Assembly (NCBI GenBank): GCA_963798085.1
Contig: CAWCRS010000005.1
Location: forward strand, 704,001 to 768,000
DNA from: an uncultured Gemmatimonadales bacterium
GTDB lineage: Bacteria; Gemmatimonadota; Gemmatimonadetes; Longimicrobiales; RSA9
DNA: 64,000 bases
Direction of reading: 5' to 3'
The position numbers and the translations under genes were made by a program. Of this stretch, positions 56,113-64,000 are shown one piece after another. The notes under the pieces were generated by a model, which was given only the letters and a program-made list of their open reading frames with translations, did no database searches and was not told where the DNA came from. Numbering within the stretch: the stretch's first letter is position 1; each line of letters begins with the position of its first letter.

Positions 56113-58802
56113 ACGGAGGATTCAGGCGACGCTTCGGCGCTCGTCGTTCGCCGCGCGGCGGTGGCGCCGGTGCTGGGCCACCGTCGACCCGCGGCCGCGT
56201 GTTCGACCTGCCGCTGTCCGAGGATGTACAGCGCGAGCTGCGCTTCCACATCGACATGAAGGTGCAGGAGCTGACGGCGAAGGGCTGGACGGAAGAGGCG
56301 GCGCGCGCGGAAGCCATGCGCCTGTTCGGCGATGCGCAGGCGGTGGAGGCGGAGTGCCGCACGATAACAGAGCGTCAGCGGCGCGCCTTGCGCCGGGCAT
56401 GGCTTCTGGACGCGCTGCGCCAGGACCTGCGTTTCGGTGCGCGCATGCTGGCACGGCGGCCCGGCTTCGCGCTCGGTGCCATTCTGACACTGGCGTTAGG
56501 AATCGGCGCGAATGCGGCGGTGTTCAGCGTGCTGAACGGGCTGCTGCTGCGGCCTCTTCCCTACGCGCAGGCGGACCGCATCACCACGCTGCGGGAACTG
56601 AACGCCGGCGGCAAACGGATTCCGGTGGCCGAGCCCAACTACTTCGACTGGAAGGAACGCGCACACGCCTTCGAAGCCATGGCAGCGTACCGCGGACCCG
56701 GCTACACGCCGGTGCAGGCCGGTCACGGGCCCGTGCGTCTGCCGTATTCCATCGTGTCCGGCGAATTCTTCCAGGTGATGCGCGCACTGCCGCTGATCGG
56801 AAGGCTGCCCTCGCCCGCGGAGGTGACGGCGGGCGCACCGGATGTCGCGGTCGTGAGTCGCGCGTGCTGGCAGGAAGTGCTGGACGCCGAGCGCGACCTC
56901 GCGCACGTCAGTCTGCACATTGGCGCGCAGCCGGTGCCGGTGGTCGCGGTCCTGCCCGACGAATTCAGCTTCCCGGGCGGAACGCAGATCTGGGTCGTGC
57001 GCTACCCGGATGCCGGCGGCACGCGCACCTCGCACAACTACGAGGCCGTGGCGCGCTTGGGGCCTGGCATTTCGCTGAATGCGGCGAGGCGGGAAATGGC
57101 GGACATTGGCAGCCAGCTCGCTGCCGCGTACGCCGGCCAGATCGATGCGCAGTCGGTGGCGGTGACGCCGCTGGCGGAGGACCTGTACGGCGCGTATCGC
57201 GACCCGCTGCTGCTGCTGCTGGCCGCGGCCGGTGTGGTGCTGCTGGTCGCGTGCACCAATCTGGCCAGTTCGCTGCTGGCGCGCGCCACGGCGAGGGAAC
57301 GCGAAGTGGCGGTGCGCGCATCCCTCGGTGCGTCCCGCCTGCGACTGCTGCGCCAGCTGCTGACCGAGAGTCTGCTGCTCTCCGTACTCGGCGGTGGTGC
57401 CGGTCTCGCGCTGGGCGAGCTGGGACTGCGCGTGCTGCGCGCACTCGCGCCCGCGGCTGCCCTGCAGCTGCGCGAGCTGCACATTGATCTGGCGGTGCTC
57501 GCGTTCACGCTGCTCGCATCCGTGGGCGCAGCACTGCTGTTCGGGCTGCTTCCCGCGCTGCGCGCACGACCCGAGAATGCGGCCTCGCTGCTGCGTGGCG
57601 GCGACCGCGGCGGGACCGGCCGGCGCAGTCGTCTCTGGGATGCGCTGATCGCGGTGGAAGTGGCGCTCGCGCTGGTGCTGCTCGTCGCATTAGGTCTGCT
57701 CGTGCGCAGCTTCCGCAGCATCCTCGCCGTGGACCCCGGCTTCGATGCGCACAACGTGCTGACGGTCGACGTCTATGTACCGACCGCGATGCAGCCAACG
57801 GACACAGCCGTCGGCCTGCTGGAGTCGCAGCTGGTCACGGCATTCCAGCGACTGCCGGGCGTCAGCGCGGCCGGCGTGATCAGCCAGCTGCCCGTGCTGG
57901 GCGGCCTCAACGGCGTTCTCGAAATCGAGGGCCGCAGTGAAGGATACGCCGAGTATCGCGCGGCGAGCGAAGGCTATTTCCAGGCCATGCGCATTCCGCT
58001 CCGCCGGGGCCGCATGTTCGAGGCGGCGGATCGCATGGGTTCTCCCGGGGTGGCACTGGTCGATGAAACGTTTGCGGCGCAGTTCTTTCCCGGCGAGGAT
58101 CCCATTGGACGGCGCATCCGCAATCTCAGCAACGATGCGTTCTACTATCGCGGACAGGACTGGCTCACGATCATCGGCGTGGTGGGCAGCGTGCGCCAGC
58201 GCGGCTTCCTCAGGCCACCGGATGCCAGCGTGTACGTGCTGTCACGGCAGCGGCCGCTGCGCACGCGCGACGGCGTCCTGACGCTGCGTGCCGGGCGCAT
58301 CACGCCCGGACTGGTGCAGGGCGTGCGCGCCACAATGGCGAGCGTGGCGCCCGGTGTACCGTTCGACATCGGCAACGCCGAGGACCGCATTGAAGCGACC
58401 TTCTCGGATCGTCGCTTCGCGCTGCTCGTCATACTCGGCTTCACCGCCATTGCCCTGACACTCGCGGCCGCCGGCATCCACGGCGTCGTCTCCTACTCGG
58501 TGGCCAGACGCACACGCGAGATCGGCATCCGCATCGCGCTGGGCGCCGTGCCCCGCGGTGTGGCGAGGCGCATCATTGGCGAAGCCATGCGCGTCGTCGC
58601 ATTCGGACTGCTGCTGGGGCTGCTCGGTTCGCTGCTGGCCACCCGGCTGATCACCGGCCTGCTGGTCAACGTACGGCCCACCGAGCCGCTCACACTCGGT
58701 ACTGTAACACTACTGTTAGCGGCCGTCGCCAGCCTCGCCAGCGCAGTGCCCGCGCTGCGCGCGACGCGCGTCGACCCCATTCAGGCGCTGCGCAGTGACT
58801 GA
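56109..58802 (+). CDS. ADOP family duplicated ABC permease with prefix domain
   Basis: ELRFHIDMK...FGD, LALGIGANAAVFS, ACTNLASSLLARAT.REREVAVR, RRTREIGIRIALGA, VDPIQALRSD; ATGA-coupled to padR. Confidence 0.95.
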   Translation: MNGGFRRRFGARRSPRGGGAGAGPPSTRGRVFDLPLSEDVQRELRFHIDMKVQELTAKGWTEEAARAEAMRLFGDAQAVEAECRTITERQRRALRRAWLLDALRQDLRFGARMLARRPGFALGAILTLALGIGANAAVFSVLNGLLLRPLPYAQADRITTLRELNAGGKRIPVAEPNYFDWKERAHAFEAMAAYRGPGYTPVQAGHGPVRLPYSIVSGEFFQVMRALPLIGRLPSPAEVTAGAPDVAVVSRACWQEVLDAERDLAHVSLHIGAQPVPVVAVLPDEFSFPGGTQIWVVRYPDAGGTRTSHNYEAVARLGPGISLNAARREMADIGSQLAAAYAGQIDAQSVAVTPLAEDLYGAYRDPLLLLLAAAGVVLLVACTNLASSLLARATAREREVAVRASLGASRLRLLRQLLTESLLLSVLGGGAGLALGELGLRVLRALAPAAALQLRELHIDLAVLAFTLLASVGAALLFGLLPALRARPENAASLLRGGDRGGTGRRSRLWDALIAVEVALALVLLVALGLLVRSFRSILAVDPGFDAHNVLTVDVYVPTAMQPTDTAVGLLESQLVTAFQRLPGVSAAGVISQLPVLGGLNGVLEIEGRSEGYAEYRAASEGYFQAMRIPLRRGRMFEAADRMGSPGVALVDETFAAQFFPGEDPIGRRIRNLSNDAFYYRGQDWLTIIGVVGSVRQRGFLRPPDASVYVLSRQRPLRTRDGVLTLRAGRITPGLVQGVRATMASVAPGVPFDIGNAEDRIEATFSDRRFALLVILGFTAIALTLAAAGIHGVVSYSVARRTREIGIRIALGAVPRGVARRIIGEAMRVVAFGLLLGLLGSLLATRLITGLLVNVRPTEPLTLGTVTLLLAAVASLASAVPALRATRVDPIQALRSD

Positions 58803-58820
58803 GCGCGGCACCCGCGAGCA

Positions 58821-59479
58821 CTGCTGGCGCGCTTTCAGCCCACGAAGATTGCCGTGGAACGGCAGGCCGATCGGCAGTCCTCGCTCGATTCGGCGCATGC
58901 CGCGTTCCGCGAGCGAGGCCGGCCCGCTCGGCGCGCGAAGTCGAGCAGCTGGGCTTCCGCCTCGCCGATCGTCCGGGACACAAACGCGTCTGGGCCATGG
59001 ACGCGCCGGCGCGCTGGTACGACACGGCCATGAACAGGGACACGCTGGCGCACCGGGCCCAACGCTTCGGACAGGCGGCCTTGCTCACGCGCGCCCGGCA
59101 GTGGGACAGCGCGTACACGCAGTACTATGCAGTGGAGGATTCGATCAAGACGACGATGTCGCTGCGTGATTACCTGCTGCGCCTCAACGCGCCGGCTTCG
59201 CTGCGCGCGCTGCTGGGTGCCTGCCTCTCCGGCTCCATCGACGTGGGTGGCGGCGGCGACTACACCGGCGCCGACATGCGCGCCGCCTGGTACGACCGCA
59301 ACCTGCGCATCTTCAGCAACATCCTCCGCCTGCGGGCCGACCCCGGCGAGCGCATCCTCGTCACCATTGGCGCCGGCCACGCGCCTCTGCCGGGCCACTT
59401 CATCAGCAATGCTCCGGAACTGCGGCTCGTGGACGCGGGGGAGCTGCTGGGTGGCGGAGGGACGGGAGGGCGGCGTTGA
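58821..59479 (+). pseudogene. 5'-truncated, frameshifted DUF5694-like gene
   Basis: LLARFQPTKIAVE (58821 onward) in one frame, then EVEQLGFRLA..GHKRVWAMD...WYDRNLRIFSNI...RILVTIGAGH in another. No start codon or signal peptide between the ADOP stop and this fragment. Confidence 0.6.
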
Positions 59480-59713
59480 GAGCCGCTGGTTGAGGCGGGC
59501 GAACGAATAACAGATTGTTTCACACAGGGGCCACAGTGGGACGGAGGGGCGCCTGGATCTGGCGGCGAGGCTGTGTACGGGGGCTGCGATCACGGTCGGT
59601 CAACGTGCAAGGGCGGTCAGGTCAGGCCGCTGCCGGACCCAGCCAGCTGGCGCGAGCACACTTCGTTGCGCTCGCCGGCAGACCCGCGCGCGGACGAGTC
59701 CCGGCGGGACGGG

Positions 59714-59811
<98 letters not shown>

Positions 59812-60185
59812 ATTTGTAATGCACGGTTAGAGCGCGCCAGAGAATGCCAGTGCAACGGGTTCAGGCCTCCCGCTCCACAGGTCGCTGCGTATTCATTCCC
59901 GGCCTGTTTGCTGTCGCGGCTCCCGGCCCGCCCGCGGAGCGGCCGCGCGACACCCACCGCCGACCACGCATCCGTCCTCTGATGCCCCCGTGGCCACGCC
60001 GCATTCCACTATGTGATACTGAATGCCGTTCCCCCGCGTCCTCTCCGTTGACCTCCCGCGCCACGCTGCGCACCGACACGCGCGCCGGTTGCGGCCCGGC
60101 CGGGAAACGCCGGAAGAGTGGCGCGCGCTCCGCGTGGTGCCTCCGGTTGGCCGGGAAACGCGGCGTCACGTTCCGGTGGAGCGGT

Positions 60186-60500
60186 TCAGCGGCTCCGGCG
60201 CGAGCGGGCCGTCTTCTTCGCGCGGGCTGGCTTGCGCGCGGCGCCCCGGGCGGGGCTGCGGCGTGCCGCGCCGTCCGCGTCGCGGGCCAGCTGGTCGACG
60301 AGCTTCGACAGCTCGGTGGCTCGACGGCGCGCCAGCTTGAGTACGGCGCCTTCCCAGCCCGACGGCGGATTACGGTAGCCCGGGTTGTCGGGATCGAGGC
60401 GGGAAAGGCGCAGAAACCCGTGCGTCACGCCGGTCTCGCGGGCCAGGTCCTTCAGTGTCACACCCGAGATCAGGCGGGTCGTGGCTTGGCCGAATTCCAT
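60186..60500 (-). CDS. small HTH-like protein with a basic histone-like C-terminal tail
   Basis: GGAGG RBS; VTLKDLARETGVTHGFLR (HTH-like); tail RRSPARGAARKPARAKKTARSRRSR. Confidence 0.7.
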   Translation of the reverse strand: MEFGQATTRLISGVTLKDLARETGVTHGFLRLSRLDPDNPGYRNPPSGWEGAVLKLARRRATELSKLVDQLARDADGAARRSPARGAARKPARAKKTARSRRSR

Positions 60501-60558
60501 TTGGGCAGCACCTCCGAGAGGGTGGATGCGTACTCTTCAAACACTCCGTTACGCCGAC

Positions 60559-61722
60559 TCAGCGCGAGCACACGCCCGGCTGTGGCTGTTCATCACGCTG
60601 ACAGGGCCGCATACCCGTCTTCCATTCCGGTCGCGCCCCGTTGGCGAGCAGCCGCACGGCGCGTGCCGCGGCATTGATCACCGCTGCCATGTGCGCCGCG
60701 TCGGTCTTCGACACCTCGTCGCCGGGGCGATGGTAGTCCGCGTGCAGGTTGAAGGTGGACAGCGTGTGTGCGGGAATGCCCATCTGCGCAAACGCGATGT
60801 TATCGCTGCGCCGGAAGAAGTTCTGCTGCGGCCGCGGGTCGGGCACGATGGGGATCCCGTTCGCCGCGAGCATTTCGCCCATGGTGCTGCGTTCGTAGCC
60901 GGTGAGCCAGGCGCGGCCGGGGCCGCCCGCGAGGGAGTCGGGCCGGCCGATCATCTCGATCTCCAGGTTGGCGGCCATCTGATCGAGCGGAATCGCCGGG
61001 TGCTGGATGAACCAGTGCGTACCCAGCAGGCCCACTTCCTCGCCTGTGGTCGCCGCGAACACCACGGTTCGCGCCGGGCGGGGCCCGCGCGCCAGTGCGT
61101 GCGCGATCTCCAGCACCGCCACGACGCCCGAGGCGTCGTCGTCCGCACCATTGTAGATGGAATCCCCGTTCACCGGCCGGCCGATGCCCAGGTGGTCGTA
61201 GTGCGCGTCCACCAGCACGTACTGCTCGCGCAGGTGCGGATTGCTGCCGCGCAGAATGCCGACCACATTGACGGAGCGCTTGCGCCGTTCCGGCGGGATG
61301 GTGTCCAGCGCGTGGAAGTCGGGCATCAGCACGAGCCGCTCGCTCTGCACCTGCTGGCCATTGCGATTGCTGGTCACCATGAGCAGGGCGACGGGTACGC
61401 GCTGGAACCAGCCGCTGTCGCCGGCCGCCTCGAGGCCGCTCTCCTGCATACGGCGCGCGATGATGGTCGCGGCGCGCAACGCACCGGGCTCACCGGTCCT
61501 GCGTCCTTCCAGCGAATCGTCCGCGATCTGCGATAACAGCGTGTGCACGCGTTCCGGTGTGGTGGCGGCTGTCCCCGCATCCGCGGCGGCCGCACCCGCC
61601 GGTGCGGGCGAGGTTACGGCCACAGCGCGGTGACTCGCGCACGCAGTCATGCCGGCCAGGCCCAGGCCCAGCAGCAGCGACGGGAGGCGAGGCTGCATCG
61701 TCGCCTGCGATCCGTGCATCAT
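60559..61722 (-). CDS. M28 family metallopeptidase, probable lipoprotein
   Basis: GMTAC lipobox; AHYDH, NGADDDASG, GEEVGLLG, LEIEMIGR, RSD, YHRPGD. The start may be 61698. Confidence 0.93.
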   Translation of the reverse strand: MMHGSQATMQPRLPSLLLGLGLAGMTACASHRAVAVTSPAPAGAAAADAGTAATTPERVHTLLSQIADDSLEGRRTGEPGALRAATIIARRMQESGLEAAGDSGWFQRVPVALLMVTSNRNGQQVQSERLVLMPDFHALDTIPPERRKRSVNVVGILRGSNPHLREQYVLVDAHYDHLGIGRPVNGDSIYNGADDDASGVVAVLEIAHALARGPRPARTVVFAATTGEEVGLLGTHWFIQHPAIPLDQMAANLEIEMIGRPDSLAGGPGRAWLTGYERSTMGEMLAANGIPIVPDPRPQQNFFRRSDNIAFAQMGIPAHTLSTFNLHADYHRPGDEVSKTDAAHMAAVINAAARAVRLLANGARPEWKTGMRPCQRDEQPQPGVCSR

Positions 61723-64000
61723 CGGTTCGGCACGCTGGTCTTTACGGTGGCGGCATTACTCACGCGCTCACGCTCCCGTTCAATGTAGGGTACGCCCTCG
61801 CTCATCCAGCGCGGCTCCGGCGTGCCCTTGAGATAGTGATCGAAGAACTGCTTCATGCGAATCTGGAAGTCGATCTGGTTTTCCTTCTTCGCCAGGTGAT
61901 GCCCCTCGCCGTTGTAGGAGAGGAAGATCACCTTCTTGCCCAGTCTGCGTGCTGCATTATAGAACTCGAGGCCCTGGTCCCAGTCGACCGCGCCATCATC
62001 CGTGCCCTGCAGGATGAGGAACGGCGACTTGATGTTCTCCGCCTGGTGCACGGGCGACTGGCTCTCGTACAGCTCGCGGCTGGTCCAGGGCGTCACGTCC
62101 TCACCCATGCGCACCTGCCCGACTTCCGTTATGCCCTGCTGCACCGTGCCGGTACTCTTGTACAACTCATCGTAGAAGCTGACAAGGTCTGTGGGCGGCG
62201 CGCCGGTCACGACGGCCGCAAACATGTCTGTTTGCGTGACAATGTAGGAGGATTGATAACCACCCCAGCTGTGGCCCTGCAAGCCAATGTGCGCCGGGTC
62301 GGCGTAGCCCAGCTCGATCACCTTCTTGACGGCGCTGGTCACGTCATCCACAGCGGAGGAGCCGGGCTTGCCAATGGTGTAGACGACGTCGGGCTCGAGC
62401 ACGAGGTAGCCGTCACTGGCATACGCGGACATGTGCGGCCGGTCGTCGTACACAGGCATCGAGAATCAATGGTGGTCCTGTGACAGCTTCTCGTAGAAAT
62501 AGACGAGCATGGGGTAGCGTCTGCCCGCCTGGTAGCTGGCGGGCAGCGCCAGCGTCGCCTGCAGCCTGTTGCCGCGCTGGTCCGTGTAATCCACGAGAAT
62601 GCGCCGGCCCCATGCATAGTCGGCCAGCTGCGGGTTCGCGTCCGTGATCTTCTTCGGTGCGGCAAACGACGTGTTGCTGAGCCAGTAGTCCGGGAACTCG
62701 GCAAAGGTCTGCTCGGTGAAGATCACGCGGTCGGTGCTGTCCGCCTTGCTCAGCTGACCGATCTGCCTGTCCTCGAAGATCAGTGGGCGGGGCTTGCTGC
62801 CGGCCTTCACTTCGTAGTAGCCGGATTTCTTGGTCCATTCGCCGTACGCGGAGAGCAGGACCGGCTTCGTGATGTCAATGCCGCGGTCCTCGAGGTCGGC
62901 ATTGCCGAAGCCGGCGCCGCCGCCGCGTCCACCGAAGCCACCGCCGCCGTTCAGGTTCTGCACGCGGAACTGGATCTGCTCGGCGTCACCCATGCCGGCG
63001 GTGAGGTTCACGGCCTTGCCGCCCTCCAGCGGCAGCAGCCACAGATCGAAGCGATGGTTCACGATCACGGACTTGCCATCTTTGGTCCAGCCGCCAATGC
63101 CGTACGCGGGCAGCTCGTAGTCGTGATCGTCCGTGGTGTCGACGAAGGAAACGCCGGCGAGCGCGCTCAGATCGACCGTGCGACCGCTGGCGACATCCCG
63201 CGCCTGCAGCTTCCGGTCCTTGAGATAAACGAACCATTTGCCATCGGGCGAACTGCCCATGGCGCGCATGAGGCCGGACACCATGAGCTGGCGGTCGCCG
63301 GTCGCCGGATCAATGCGATAGTAGTCGGCGCGCGAGCCGCCCCAGCTGATCTGGTCGCGATACGGCTTGTCCAGCCGGCCAACACCCCAGCGACCATCAC
63401 CGCTGAGCGTGACTGTGCGCATGTCGTCATCGGCGAGACGCACGAACCTGCGCGAACCGAGATCGAACACGCTCGTGTAGGTGAAGCGTCGGGCCTGATC
63501 GGCGCGCACCTTCTGTACCGACTGTATGTCCGCGTCCTTCCAGTGCCAGACCTCGAGGTCGGCCTGTGGCTCATCGGTCTTCGGCAGCTCTGATTCCTGC
63601 TGCTTGATGCCCAGCTGAATGCGCGCGTTGTCGCGGGTCCAGCGCACGCCACCCAGCTCACTGAGGACGAACCCGCCCGGGAACGCGGCGTCCTTCGTCG
63701 GATCGTACTCGACCGTGGCGACCTTCGCGCCCAGCCCGGTAAACGCGAGCAGCGTGTTCTGGCGGTACATCTGGCCGGCGGGCTTCGTGCCACGCAGCAC
63801 GGCCAGCGCATTGCCGTCGCGGTTCCAGCTGAGCTGCGTGTACTCGCTGGCACCGGTGCTCAGCGGATTGAGCACGCCGCTGCGCAGATCGAGCACAAAC
63901 GCGCCGTTACCCGCGTCATCGGCCGCATCGACGGTCCACGCGAGTATGCTGCCCGCGCGGTTGAACGCGTATTCGCTGACGTTGCCAATGTTCTGCGCGG
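61719..64000 (-). CDS. S9 family peptidase (5' end off window) with an in-frame TGA at 62466-62468
   Basis: ORFs 62466..63896 and 61719..62459 are in the same frame (KLSQDHH*FSMPVY). GHSWGG, GTDDGAV, GEGHH triad. The frame stays open to the window end. Confidence 0.9.

Noticed and set aside
62466..62468. Selenocysteine or alternative genetic code
   Set aside because: Not at a catalytic Cys-like position, no convincing SECIS seen, and TGA terminates many genes here.

Overview
High-GC bacterial chromosomal window. The gene content (five ADOP-type duplicated ABC permeases, three of them paired with PadR regulators; several six-bladed beta-propeller proteins; S9/M28 peptidases; DUF885) is typical of Gemmatimonadota/Acidobacteriota; the taxon is an inference. 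I found about 37 genes or gene remnants and no rRNA, tRNA, CRISPR array or transposase. Metabolic genes: class II ribonucleotide reductase (nrdJ) with a clean sigma70 promoter and tandem NrdR boxes, pntA2-pntB lacking the dI subunit, osmC, Tat-exported msrB, and an APC permease plus amidohydrolase. The most notable content is a set of immune-like or receptor-like proteins. (i) A coupled pair of a secreted FecR-like protein and a six-TM CHASE2 receptor whose cytoplasmic output is a TIR domain with an intact catalytic Glu (33716-36602). (ii) A TIR-TM-WD40 protein absent from the ORF track (<1-1803), coupled to a DUF885 gene. (iii) A ~1816-aa protein with two alpha/beta-hydrolase domains, a CHAT (caspase-like) domain and a TPR-like C-terminus (4242-9693). 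Also present: a REC-HEAT-GT2-hybrid kinase operon, an HExxH/PD40/Omp85 protein, paired candidate PadR operators and a (GACGGGCA)12 repeat. Several genes are split by single-base insertions, four of them inside an inferred CATC context, which suggests systematic long-read errors. All domain calls come from visual motif recognition, not from searches.
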